Notes: a model not told the origin generated them from the sequence alone. A stretch of DNA of 64,000 bases from a bacterium (GCA_021796415.1 JAJYJC010000002.1:7983-71982); one strand, 5' to 3'; shown: positions 9,615-18,835, numbered from the stretch's first letter. Made by a program: numbers and translations.

Positions 9615-10262
9615 TTAGCTAAATAGTTCCTTACCATCGCCAATTATATTATTTTTAAGGATCTTGAAATATATTTTCCCATGCTTCTTGTCCTCTAGAT
9701 AATGTGCTATACAACCCGTTATCCAGTCAGCTATTTGAATATTTGCACTGGTAGTAGAATCAACCATCTCTATTTGAATAAGAGTATTTTTCGACATCTT
9801 AGGTAAGAGCTGAGCCTGTAACAATGAATTGAACTGACTTCTTTTGATGCCTTTTAAATGTCTCTGGTCGCAAAATGCTCTAAACTCCTTGTCCGCTATT
9901 GGCAAATACATTTCCAGTGTATCTCCTATAATCTGCGTATAGAGTTCCCCGGCCTTGATTTTGCCTTTATGAATAAACTCTTCGGGAATATTTTTCCTTT
10001 TAAGATAAGAATACCTAATTCTTACATCCAAGTCAGCGATGTATTGGACGGTTTTGATCCTCAGTTCATCTTGAATATTTACGTCAGAAAACTTAACCTC
10101 AGGTTGATTTCTCATCTTGCGAGGAAACTTTTCTTTGTGCCATGACCTAAACCTTTTCTCCGTGCGCCTTGGGTCACCAACGGTAAACGAACCAACTACA
10201 AAATATTCACCATCTTTTGATTTGTTAAATTGTCCGCTCTCATCAATATAAATATATGGCAC
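9615..10262 (-). CDS. DUF3800-like protein
   Basis: N-terminus MPYIYIDESGQF matches the DUF3800 hallmark (IYIDESG). Confidence 0.5.
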   Translation of the reverse strand: MPYIYIDESGQFNKSKDGEYFVVGSFTVGDPRRTEKRFRSWHKEKFPRKMRNQPEVKFSDVNIQDELRIKTVQYIADLDVRIRYSYLKRKNIPEEFIHKGKIKAGELYTQIIGDTLEMYLPIADKEFRAFCDQRHLKGIKRSQFNSLLQAQLLPKMSKNTLIQIEMVDSTTSANIQIADWITGCIAHYLEDKKHGKIYFKILKNNIIGDGKELFS

Positions 10263-10387
10263 TTATCCTCCTTGTGTAGATTTATTGACTGAATAAATCT
10301 CTCTTAGAGCTTATATTTTACTCCTTTTGAGCTTCAAAATAAAGGTAAAAAGTGCTTAGCAACTTGGTTTTTGCATTCCAATTTAAA

Positions 10388-10480
10388 TCAAAATCAGCTA
10401 TAATAAGTACTCAAATTAGCCGGATGAGTTTGGGGGTAACCCTAAGCTTTCAAAGCTTGCAACCTTGAAAAGGAGAAGAG
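10388..10480 (+). promoter_or_regulatory. conserved promoter/leader module (copy 1): caaaatcagcTATAATaagtactcaaattagc ... tttgaaaaggaga
   Basis: The 33-nt block is nearly identical to the one at 14381-14414. TATAAT is at 10399-10404. Confidence 0.5.
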
Positions 10481-10481
10481 A

Positions 10482-10730
10482 ATGAAGGCTCGTGTGCGCT
10501 TTAATGCAAATAACTTAAAAAGGCCGCTAAGTCCTTTCGATTGGAAATGCCTTTTGTGGGGCACAACACTGTCGTTGACAAGCGTAGTTGTTATGTTCTT
10601 TGCAGCATTCTTTCAATTGCAGACAACTCATCCGACAATGGTCCAATGGATTACTCCGATGCCGGTTTTGATCGGTATAGGGTTAATGATTTTTGTCTCA
10701 TCAAAGACGCATTGGAAAGGGAGTGAGTGA
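10482..10730 (+). CDS. small membrane protein paralog 1 (82 aa)
   Basis: SD aaaaggagaag. Two hydrophobic helices. Confidence 0.55.
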   Translation: MKARVRFNANNLKRPLSPFDWKCLLWGTTLSLTSVVVMFFAAFFQLQTTHPTMVQWITPMPVLIGIGLMIFVSSKTHWKGSE

Positions 10731-10984
10731 AGATGGAAAGCAGTATTGCAGTTGTTGCAGGCCGCTTGCAAAAGAAGAGGCGAAAGATTGACCCGCTTTG
10801 GTATTTGGCGGTGGCTGTCTTCTGCAACTTCATCATCATTGGGTGTCTCGCTTATGGAATACCCATGGCTGATACAGCGATCGGGAAAGCTATCATCACC
10901 GCAAGCGTAACGCCTTGCCTTATCGCAGCGGTCTGTGTATGGCTTGGTGTAGGAGGATTAATCTCAGAAAAACGACGGAGGTGA
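10727..10984 (+). CDS. small membrane protein paralog 2 (85 aa)
   Basis: Repeated start context gggagtgagtgaagatgg. Two TM helices. Confidence 0.55.
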   Translation: MKMESSIAVVAGRLQKKRRKIDPLWYLAVAVFCNFIIIGCLAYGIPMADTAIGKAIITASVTPCLIAAVCVWLGVGGLISEKRRR

Positions 10985-10991
10985 ATGAAAG

Positions 10992-11261
10992 ATGGTGTCA
11001 AAGGAAGAGCTCAAAAAGATCAAAAAGAGCTGGCGCAAAGCCTCTTATGGCGGTTTTCTTGTTGCTATGGTCGCAGGGGCAATTCAATATTTCTCTGTGT
11101 TGCATCTCGTCCTGGCGGATGAGAGAACTCTCGGGGGTTTCATAATACTGATTCTCCTCGTGGTATCCGTTGCCTTTATACCTTTCAGTCTGCTTTATGG
11201 CATTGTATGTGCCCTTGTCTCAATATATCCCGAGAAGGCTTTCGGGGAAAACGGGAGGTAA
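10992..11261 (+). CDS. small membrane protein paralog 3 (89 aa)
   Basis: Start context ggaggtgaatgaaagatgg. Two TM helices. Confidence 0.55.
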   Translation: MVSKEELKKIKKSWRKASYGGFLVAMVAGAIQYFSVLHLVLADERTLGGFIILILLVVSVAFIPFSLLYGIVCALVSIYPEKAFGENGR

Positions 11262-11268
11262 ATGAAAG

Positions 11269-11514
11269 ATGGTAACAAGGGGTGAATCTTTTAAGGCTCG
11301 TTATGGCATGAAGTTCAGCACTGTATATTGGTTAATAGTCGTTTTTTGTCAGACGCTCGTTCTGGTAATCGCGGTAGCCTTGATGTCATTTGATGTCAGT
11401 CGGGTGAACTTGACTGCATTGACGGGTATCATTCTGGTGCTGGTTGTGCTATCGGTTTGCTTTGCTATCGGCGCGCTTTATGCCGCCAAGGATGAGCGAA
11501 AACCAATCGAATAA
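11269..11514 (+). CDS. small membrane protein paralog 4 (81 aa)
   Basis: Start context gggaggtaaatgaaagatgg. Two TM helices. Confidence 0.55.
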   Translation: MVTRGESFKARYGMKFSTVYWLIVVFCQTLVLVIAVALMSFDVSRVNLTALTGIILVLVVLSVCFAIGALYAAKDERKPIE

Positions 11515-11525
11515 GAAAGGGGTGA

Positions 11526-11714
11526 ATGACGATGGGACCAGTCAAGGTTCTTACAGGAGACCGTTTGCTTTTTCTTGCGGCTGCCTTTGCGGCATTTGCC
11601 GTATTTGCAGTTGTTGCCGATAAGGTCTACAGTTCTCTTATGTGGGGGATCTTTTCAGTGATAGGTCTGATCGGTGAGGCTTTTTGCGTACTTGTGCTTT
11701 ACAGGCGAAGATAG
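11526..11714 (+). CDS. small membrane protein paralog 5 (62 aa)
   Basis: Start context aaggggtgaatgacgatgg. Two TM helices. Confidence 0.5.
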   Translation: MTMGPVKVLTGDRLLFLAAAFAAFAVFAVVADKVYSSLMWGIFSVIGLIGEAFCVLVLYRRR

Positions 11715-11891
11715 CCTCAAACGTTCAGTATGGGAGAGGATGTGGATTTTATATCCGCATGCAGTACCTCTCCTTTTTTCTTTGATATCATAAGTCTGCT
11801 ATCTCGCAATTTCCATTGTACACTTAAAAAACTGGAAGTTGGTAATGTGAGCACGACTTCTGTATAATATATTTATAAATTAGGTTCTTTT

Positions 11892-12557
11892 ATGACAAAT
11901 GAAGTGACAAAAAATGAAACAAAAACAGACCCAAAGGGCCAATTGAGGGAATTGACCAATGAGGAAATCACTGCGATTGGAGAAGAGAGAGAAAGTTTCT
12001 ACAAATTATATAGTGACACTGTTCGAGAATATGGCGATTCAGCAATAAATCTATTGTTAAGATTAATTGACTTTGGTTATAAAATTGCTCAAATCTCCGG
12101 AGTAATTGCTGGATTTGGTTTCGTAGCAATCAGCCAAGTAAAAAATGTGTGGCTATTCCTTTCAGGGGAATCTCTGTTAATTTTTGTTATTATTTACGGC
12201 ATATTCAAAGTAAAAAACATATATGAGAATAATTTAGATAATGTCAATAAATCAATGACTAAAGCAACTGCTGCATTTGAAAATAAAAGTAAAATACACA
12301 TCGAGATGTATCAGGAGCTGGCAGACAACTACACCTCAGACGGTAAAACCTCTTTGCATGGCGCTTACTTTGGAACAAAAATAATTGAAGCCAATGATAA
12401 GCTTTTAAAAACCTTTGATACGAAAGAAATTGACCCCAAAAAAGATAACTTCCTCACGAATATGTTAATCATCCTACCAGTAGGCGCTACCCTGCTTATT
12501 CTTTCGTTCTTTATTAGCTGGAGCATGGTTATTAATTTAGTACATCTTTTCTTATAA
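11892..12557 (+). CDS. hypothetical membrane protein (221 aa)
   Basis: ORF with internal and C-terminal hydrophobic segments. Confidence 0.4.
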   Translation: MTNEVTKNETKTDPKGQLRELTNEEITAIGEERESFYKLYSDTVREYGDSAINLLLRLIDFGYKIAQISGVIAGFGFVAISQVKNVWLFLSGESLLIFVIIYGIFKVKNIYENNLDNVNKSMTKATAAFENKSKIHIEMYQELADNYTSDGKTSLHGAYFGTKIIEANDKLLKTFDTKEIDPKKDNFLTNMLIILPVGATLLILSFFISWSMVINLVHLFL

Positions 12558-12642
12558 AACTTTAAAAGATAATGAGGCAAACTATATCGCACCGCCCCAC
12601 TATCAATATCTAAAGACGCCAAAATTTGTTATAATTTCCCTT

Positions 12643-13095
12643 ATGAATACTTTAATAGTCCTTACCGCAAAATATCTATACCTAATCATTGTCTTGATTG
12701 CCATAATTGTTTTCTTGAAAGCAGATAAGCAGGATAAGGTTAGACTCATTAAACTGGCAGTTATAGCGGGTCCCTTAGCTTTAATCATGGTTTTTATATC
12801 CAGTCATCTTTTCTACGACACTAGACCTTTTGTAGTTCAAAACATCCAACCCTTGATTCCTCATTCCCCAGACAATGGTTTTCCATCAGATCATACTTTG
12901 ATTTCAATGCTGGTTGCTCTTAGTATCTATCGAGTTAAGAAGAATGCTGGTGTCTTGCTTGCTATTCTTGCACTAATAGTTGGCACTTCAAGAGTACTGG
13001 CACATATTCATTATCCGGTTGATATCTTAGGGAGTATTGTCATTGCAATGATTGCTGTGGGACTAGCTTCACTTCTTTTTAAAAAACGTAATTAA
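12643..13095 (+). CDS. PAP2-family phosphatase (undecaprenyl-/lipid-phosphate phosphatase-like)
   Basis: PAP2 motifs PSDHT (PSGH-like) and SRVLAHIHYPVD (SRxxxxxHxxxD). Confidence 0.65.
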   Translation: MNTLIVLTAKYLYLIIVLIAIIVFLKADKQDKVRLIKLAVIAGPLALIMVFISSHLFYDTRPFVVQNIQPLIPHSPDNGFPSDHTLISMLVALSIYRVKKNAGVLLAILALIVGTSRVLAHIHYPVDILGSIVIAMIAVGLASLLFKKRN

Positions 13096-13327
13096 AGATG
13101 TGTTCAAGTTCTGTCTCTGCCACCAAGGTTGATATCTTAGCTTAATATAGGTATAAAATTTATGTCGTAAAATAGACCCATTTTTATATTTGAACTTTTG
13201 TGCTTAAAGGTCCCTTTTCGAGGCTTTATTTGTTTTTTAAACTGATTGACTATAATTAGTTTAGTGTTAAATTGTTTATACGGCACTGACTGTTACCCAA
13301 GCAATAATTTGAAGGAGGTGCAGAAAC

Positions 13328-13708
13328 TTGAAACTCCAGGGTTCGGAAAATATTACCTATTTGGAAATTGTCAAGCTACTTGTGGGTCAGCATAAAGAAG
13401 TGATTTGTCAGATCACAGCCCCGCATATTATCCAAAGGATAATGGACCATCTTGAATATGAGGCTGAGGCTGCTCCTCTCCTCTTTGACCCCATCTCGCA
13501 TCGATATTTTCTCCGCTGGTTTGATGCCTACGACGAAAGCTCGGGTGCGGAAGTCCTCAGGGGTTTTATTAACTTTGGCGAGGGCTATCATTACATCCTC
13601 GATGAGGCCTTTTTCAATGTTCTTGAAGAAGCGCTGGAAGGTATTGAACCGGAAGAAATTAATCGACCTGTGGGACATTTTGTTTTCGACGATGGGTCAG
13701 AAATCTGA
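13328..13708 (+). CDS. hypothetical acidic protein (126 aa), TTG start after aaggaggtg
   Basis: ORF with RBS. Confidence 0.4.
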   Translation: MKLQGSENITYLEIVKLLVGQHKEVICQITAPHIIQRIMDHLEYEAEAAPLLFDPISHRYFLRWFDAYDESSGAEVLRGFINFGEGYHYILDEAFFNVLEEALEGIEPEEINRPVGHFVFDDGSEI

Positions 13709-13718
13709 AAGGACAGAA

Positions 13719-13919
13719 ATGAAATTATCCGAGGAACAGATTAAGCGGATTACTGCCAAGCCGCAAGGCACCTTCAGAAAGTCGAACATGGCAAAGGATG
13801 TCATCGACAGAATCCCTGCCGGGGCGATGGAGGAGATTCTCCTGAAGGAAGGTCGAGCCTGGGGCGAACTACGGAATAAACTCGTTTCTAATCCCTGCGG
13901 AGGGGAGGTCTACTCATGA
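13719..13919 (+). CDS. small hypothetical protein (~66 aa)
   Basis: ATG preceded by aaaggacagaa. Downstream part of tracked ORF 13452-13919. Confidence 0.35.
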   Translation: MKLSEEQIKRITAKPQGTFRKSNMAKDVIDRIPAGAMEEILLKEGRAWGELRNKLVSNPCGGEVYS

Positions 13920-14077
13920 CAAAACGGGAGAAAAGGACGATCGCTCGCCGGTGGAATCAAATGTATGCGAAGTTCCGGGATGGGCTCACTAAACAAGAAG
14001 AGGATGAATACAGGAGAGCTCTCTACGCGGAACGCAACCGCTCAACCCCGCCCATGACCCTCGGAGGACCTGGCTGA
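13916..14077 (+). CDS. small hypothetical protein (~53 aa) ending GGPG
   Basis: ATGA overlap with the upstream gene. RBS ggaggt. Confidence 0.3.
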   Translation: MTKREKRTIARRWNQMYAKFRDGLTKQEEDEYRRALYAERNRSTPPMTLGGPG

Positions 14078-14120
14078 ATTTGTTGGCCTCACTGAGTATC
14101 AGTGAAAGGAGGACTCGCAA

Positions 14121-14279
14121 TGAGCATGCAAACAGAAGGCAATGGAAAGCCGGTCTCTGTTCCTTCCGAACTGTTTGATCCGTCACCGGAACTCATCAGA
14201 CAACTCGATGAGTTGGCGGCCTGGAGGTTAAGGTCTGCAATTATGATGGCTGATCAAGTCTTCGGTCCCCCCGGATGAC
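14121..14279 (+). CDS. small hypothetical protein (~52 aa) ending GPPG
   Basis: RBS gaaaggagg. Below the ORF-track length cutoff. Confidence 0.3.
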
Positions 14280-14312
14280 CCTGTCAAAATCACTGATGTT
14301 GTCAGTGAATCA

Positions 14313-14347
14313 AAAGCCCCTGTACTACAGGGGCTTTTCTCTGTCTA
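14313..14347 (+). terminator. intrinsic terminator
   Basis: Hairpin aaagcccctgta-ctac-aggggcttt followed by a T-rich tract. Confidence 0.5.
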
Positions 14348-14380
14348 ACCGAAATCTTCTTTACGCCTCGTAAAAACGGG

Positions 14381-14483
14381 CAAAATCAGCTATAATAAGG
14401 TACTCAAATTAGCTAGATAAGGTTGGAGGATAGGACTCTAACCTTTTTGAAAAGCTCGAACTTTGAAAAGGAGATGTATTCTC
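14381..14483 (+). promoter_or_regulatory. conserved promoter/leader module (copy 2)
   Basis: caaaatcagcTATAATaaggtactcaaattagc plus tttgaaaaggaga, matching copy 1 at 10388. Confidence 0.5.
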
Positions 14484-14759
14484 ATGATCACTATTACTGA
14501 TAAGGATGGTGAGGTTTGCGCGAAGTTGGACGACCTGGGAGCGGTCTTGGTCTGGATGCAAAACAAAACCATAGCCCTCATTAACGAAGGGGCGAAAAGT
14601 TTTGAATTTGAGGCGCGAGATGCAAATAATCAGCCTCAGATTTCCGTTACTGGTTATCCCACTTTGGGAGAAAATGATACCCTCATGTTTCCTTCTGTGA
14701 GGTGGGATTTTCATTGGCTTGAAAACGCTCAAAGCGAATTCAGCAATGGAGGTGAGTAA
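14484..14759 (+). CDS. hypothetical protein (~91 aa)
   Basis: ATG preceded by aaaaggaga. Confidence 0.4.
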   Translation: MITITDKDGEVCAKLDDLGAVLVWMQNKTIALINEGAKSFEFEARDANNQPQISVTGYPTLGENDTLMFPSVRWDFHWLENAQSEFSNGGE

Positions 14760-14761
14760 AG

Positions 14762-15034
14762 ATGAATGCTGGACAGAAGACCGGAAAAAGGTATGCAAGG
14801 TTCAACACCTGGGTCCTTCCCGAGGAGTTAACTGTTTTACGCGATATCTCAGGGTTGGAACTTGTTGGTAGTCATCCAGATAACGACAACCCCGCTCGAA
14901 CCATTGCCTACTGCAGTATAGAATCTGGGAAGTTTGATGCTGCTCTCTCAAGGCTCAACCAACACTTTTGGGGAGTAAAGGAGGTATCAGAGAAGGAAGC
15001 GGGAAGTTACCGTAACAGTTTACTGAAACTCTAA
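14762..15034 (+). CDS. hypothetical protein (90 aa)
   Basis: ORF tightly coupled to the upstream gene. Two tandem terminator hairpins follow at 15064-15135. Confidence 0.4.
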   Translation: MNAGQKTGKRYARFNTWVLPEELTVLRDISGLELVGSHPDNDNPARTIAYCSIESGKFDAALSRLNQHFWGVKEVSEKEAGSYRNSLLKL

Positions 15035-15396
15035 TGTCATATATTCCGCTTGTAATTGGAGAAAGGCGGGGACAAGAAAAATGTCTTGTCCCCGCCACAG
15101 GGGACTTTTTGAAAAAAAGAGTCCTTTTTTCTTTGGGTAAAAAGTGCTCAGCAAAGATCGTTTCTGCGATACATCTCCGATTATTGTGTATACGATAGAT
15201 ATTCCTTGCGATTTTGTTTAGTTCGGCTTGATGAAGAGGCTGCCAAGAAATAATCTTGAGATTCGGTCCCATCTGCTCAAAGCTGGCAGGTAGTCCCGCA
15301 TTACCGGTTGCAGTAAACGTTAAAATATAGTATAATCTTTTTAGTGTATAGAGGGTCCACAAGAGTGTGGACTTATTTATTGAACATTGAAAAGAG

Positions 15397-16923
15397 GTGA
15401 GACTAATGGGTAGAAGGGGTAGGCAAAGGATATGGACTGAGGAAGTTGTCATCAACACGCTTAAATCTCTGAAAAAGAATGGCGAACCGGTTAACACGCA
15501 GTACCTGATTAACAACCACCGATCATTGCGTTCGGCTATGGTGAAGAGATTCGGTTCCTGGGAAAAAGCTGTTGTTGCAGCCGGGCTAGATCCCAAAAAG
15601 GAACGAGCTAAAAACCAACCTACTAAGAGCAATAATGCCCGGAAAGAAGCAGTGGTCAAGACTACGCCTCAGTCTAAACGGAAATCTTCCAGGAAATGGC
15701 GTGGTACTTACAAGCAATGGAGTAAGGATAAGATCATTGCCCAGTTGCATGAAATCAAGCTCAACGGAGAAGCCATCAGTTATAATTCATTGAGACAAAA
15801 TGGCTACAGTGGCCTTGCGGCTGCAGCTTGCCGTTACTTCGGTTCATGGGAAAAAGCAATCATAGCGTCTGGTTTTGATCCCGACCAAGAAAGCTTGGTT
15901 AAGAGATCTGGAAAGCCTTCTGAAAGTTGGGATAAAGACAAGGTCATTTCTAGATTCAAAGAGATCAAAGCCAAAGGCGGCAGTATCAACTATAAGGCCA
16001 TACAAGAAAATCATTATGGTCTTTGGAGTGCGGCTTGTTACTACTTTGGTTCCTGGGAAAAGGCGGTCACTGTTGCTGGCTTTAACCCCGATGAGGAGAA
16101 GCTGTTTCAGAAATTTGCGCTGAAGAGGAAGATAGGAAGACATCCCTTGGCCCCTTCAGAGGAATATGAGCGATCCTTAGTAAAGCAAGGCAAGCTCAAT
16201 GTTCTCTTTCCAGCCATGAGACAGCTTAGAGAACAATTAGGACGAGCTGCGACAGACGTCGAAATTGCACATTTCCTCAAAAAGTCGGTGGAGGAGATTG
16301 CTAATTGGCAATCAAGCAGAGAGAGGCTAATCCTCTCTTACCTGCCACTAGCAGAGAGCTATGCAAGGCATTTTTATGAGCATCAAGTCAAGGTAAGGCA
16401 TCTGACTTCTGACAATAAGTACAACAGAGAAGAATTCAGGGCTTTTGGCAGTCTATGGCTAGTTGAAGTTATGGAGGAATTCGATTGGGGCGACGAATTC
16501 GGTGGTTTTTCTGGCTATTTCAAGGTAGCATTTGAAAGGAGGATATATTACCGATATCTGATCAAGGAGATCGAAAATCCTATCATATCATTTGACTATG
16601 AAATAGAGTCTGGGCGAGATGGTAGCAGAATGATCCTCGCGGATATAATTGCTGACCCTCGGTCTCTACCAGAACCAGAATACGACCCAAAACAGTTATC
16701 CTTCATAAAAAGCGCCCTTAATCAACTGCCGGGAAGTCTCAAGCATGCACTTATGTGGGATCTTGGCATGGAATTTCATGACAAGACGCCCGCGGAGTTT
16801 GCAACTTTTCTGGGGGTTGCCATTGGAGACATAGACGAGCTCATCAAAACTGCTATTAGGAAGTTCTCAAGTATAGTTTTTCAACCCGGACTTCCTGACG
16901 GCGATCAGGCTTTAGCCTCATGA
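15397..16923 (+). CDS. sigma-70-like protein with three N-terminal ~55-aa repeats
   Basis: C-terminal HTH LKHALMWDLGMEFHDKTPAEFATFLGVAIGDIDELIKTAIRKF (region 4-like). Central segment LILSYLPLAESYARHF...FSGYFKVAFERRIYYRYL (region 2-like). The N-terminal repeats share W..EKVI...KEIK..G..I.Y..L..N...L..A...YFGSWEKA...AGF[DN]P. Confidence 0.5.
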   Translation: MRLMGRRGRQRIWTEEVVINTLKSLKKNGEPVNTQYLINNHRSLRSAMVKRFGSWEKAVVAAGLDPKKERAKNQPTKSNNARKEAVVKTTPQSKRKSSRKWRGTYKQWSKDKIIAQLHEIKLNGEAISYNSLRQNGYSGLAAAACRYFGSWEKAIIASGFDPDQESLVKRSGKPSESWDKDKVISRFKEIKAKGGSINYKAIQENHYGLWSAACYYFGSWEKAVTVAGFNPDEEKLFQKFALKRKIGRHPLAPSEEYERSLVKQGKLNVLFPAMRQLREQLGRAATDVEIAHFLKKSVEEIANWQSSRERLILSYLPLAESYARHFYEHQVKVRHLTSDNKYNREEFRAFGSLWLVEVMEEFDWGDEFGGFSGYFKVAFERRIYYRYLIKEIENPIISFDYEIESGRDGSRMILADIIADPRSLPEPEYDPKQLSFIKSALNQLPGSLKHALMWDLGMEFHDKTPAEFATFLGVAIGDIDELIKTAIRKFSSIVFQPGLPDGDQALAS

Positions 16924-17017
16924 ACTTTGAAACTTTCCCTATTGACTAGTGAAAGGAGTCGTATCGAACGAGTTAAATAGGAAGAAACGAATATATCTGT
17001 CAAAATCCGTTTTGACG

Positions 17018-17050
17018 GGGCTGACACTCAGCGACTCATTGGCCCCCAAC
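17018..17050 (+). terminator. intrinsic terminator-like hairpin
   Basis: 11-bp perfect stem ggcccccaacc...ggttgggggcc, then atttaaatt. Confidence 0.4.
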
Positions 17051-17224
17051 CTTAAAAAGGTTGGGGGCCATTTAAATTCCGTAAACCATTGGGGTTCAGA
17101 ACGGTACCATATGAAACAAGACAAAAAAACAAGACAAAAAAAGTTCTTGACTTGATAAACCTCTTATGTTAAAGTCTTGCCATTAAAATCAAATAGGAGG
17201 GGCAGGAGGGAAGAAAGGATCCCT

Positions 17225-17551
17225 ATGCGACGTTTTCATTCTCTCCTGACAGTTCTATCATTAACGCTTCTATCGGCTACACCGGCCTTTGCGGCCCCTG
17301 CCGATCTCTCTAAGGTACAAAGTTTTGCCCAGAGCATTATACAAGTGCTCGTAACACTGGCCGGCCTGCTTGCAGCCGGTTTTTTTGTTATGGGCGGTAT
17401 CGGCTACATCACAAGCTCAGGTAACCCAGAACATCTCGACAAGTCTAAAAGAACTATTATCTTTTCAGCTCTAGGACTGGCGGTTTCGATCGGCGCCTTT
17501 GTTATCTCAAATATAATAGCCGAACTCGCGACAACGGCATTCGGCAGATAG
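17225..17551 (+). CDS. T4SS pilin-like protein (signal peptide plus two TM helices; VirB2/TrbC-like topology)
   Basis: Signal peptide ending AFAAP. Motif GFFVMGGIGYITSSGNPEHLDKSKRTI is repeated in the N-terminus of the next gene. RBS aggaggg. Confidence 0.5.
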   Translation: MRRFHSLLTVLSLTLLSATPAFAAPADLSKVQSFAQSIIQVLVTLAGLLAAGFFVMGGIGYITSSGNPEHLDKSKRTIIFSALGLAVSIGAFVISNIIAELATTAFGR

Positions 17552-17560
17552 GAAAAAACG

Positions 17561-18835
17561 ATGAAGAAATTAATCCCTGCCATATTTACCGCGGCGATTA
17601 CTTCACTCATTCCAACCATAACTTTTGCCGCTTCCAACGCTGATGTTGAGGGTTTTGCCCGCGACACTTTGACAACTCTTACTGTCTTAGCATCCATTGC
17701 CGTTGTCTTTTTCCTGATCGGCGGAGGGTATCTATATATAACCTCCACGGGGAAACCAGAGGCGCTTGATAAGGCCAAAAGAACTATCAGAAAAGCTCTG
17801 ATCGGGCTCGTAATCGTTATCGGTGCCAGTGTCATTTCCTCGATCCTAAACGGAGCGCTCACTCCGTCAAGTTCCGGCGGTATCGGGACGGCTCTAAACT
17901 TAGCTCCCATTCAGCCGGCTGCCCAAAACGGATCGCTGGCCCAAATACTTCTTGACGCTATTTCCGGTTTCCTGCAAAACATTGTTCAGTCGGCGACAAA
18001 GCCGATTATAGACGGCATTACCTGGTTTCTTACAAACACTCCGGCCTTATCAACCAACTCAGTTGTTTTTAAGTTTTGGCTCTTAATGGTCGGCATTACC
18101 GATTCACTTTTCGCCGTTGTTATCGCGCTCCTCGGCCTCCATGTCATGAGCGCCTCGACCTTCGGCTTTGAAGAGCTCAGCGTCAAACAGCTCATGCCGA
18201 GAATCGGTCTTGCTTTCCTTGTCGCCAACACCTCAATATTTTTGATTGACTGGATCATCCTCCTTTGCCAAACCTTAATCCATGCAGTTCTTAACGCCAC
18301 CGGAGGTCTGGGCCAAGCTTGGATCCTAAACGCCTTTGACCCGGCCGCCCTTGTCAGCGGTTCAACGGCTCTCATTACTCTGATATTTATGATTATCTTT
18401 GTGGTCCTAGCCATAGTTCTGCTTCTTTTCTATATCAGCCGTTTAATGATCCTTGCCTTCGGCGCCGTTATCTCACCGCTGGTCTGCCTGCTCTGGCTTC
18501 TGCCTAAGGCGTCCAACTTCGCCGAAAACGCAGTCAGAATGTATTTTGTGACGCTCTTTTCCATTTTTATCCATGTCGTTATCATTCAACTGGCCTCGGC
18601 TTTTCTTACCATACCCGGCCAGCAGGGGACAAATCCGATCATCTCCGTTCTAATCGGTATCGCTCTTCTTTCTATACTACTTAAAAGCACGGCAACCACG
18701 ACTCAACTCGCCCTATCCGCACAGACAGCGGGAACGTTCAAGAAATACGGCGGCCAGCTACTAAATGTAATGAGCTCGTCTGCCAGCGGGACATCATCGT
18801 CCAGAGCGGCGGCTCAGAAAGCGAGTACAAAATGA
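17561..18835 (+). CDS. VirB6/TrbL-like polytopic membrane protein with an N-terminal pilin-like domain
   Basis: N-terminal ~100 aa paralogous to the 17225 gene (VFFLIGGGYLYITSTGKPEALDKAKRTI). At least six further TM helices follow. Confidence 0.5.
   Translation: MKKLIPAIFTAAITSLIPTITFAASNADVEGFARDTLTTLTVLASIAVVFFLIGGGYLYITSTGKPEALDKAKRTIRKALIGLVIVIGASVISSILNGALTPSSSGGIGTALNLAPIQPAAQNGSLAQILLDAISGFLQNIVQSATKPIIDGITWFLTNTPALSTNSVVFKFWLLMVGITDSLFAVVIALLGLHVMSASTFGFEELSVKQLMPRIGLAFLVANTSIFLIDWIILLCQTLIHAVLNATGGLGQAWILNAFDPAALVSGSTALITLIFMIIFVVLAIVLLLFYISRLMILAFGAVISPLVCLLWLLPKASNFAENAVRMYFVTLFSIFIHVVIIQLASAFLTIPGQQGTNPIISVLIGIALLSILLKSTATTTQLALSAQTAGTFKKYGGQLLNVMSSSASGTSSSRAAAQKASTK

Noticed and set aside
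14955-15659. 234-aa minus-strand ORF
   Set aside because: It spans two terminator hairpins and the start of the 15397 sigma-like gene, has no RBS, and runs antisense to well-supported features.
17404-17910. 168-aa minus-strand ORF (also 17986-18414)
   Set aside because: It is antisense to the T4SS pilin and VirB6-like genes, which have RBSs, signal peptides and paralogous motifs.
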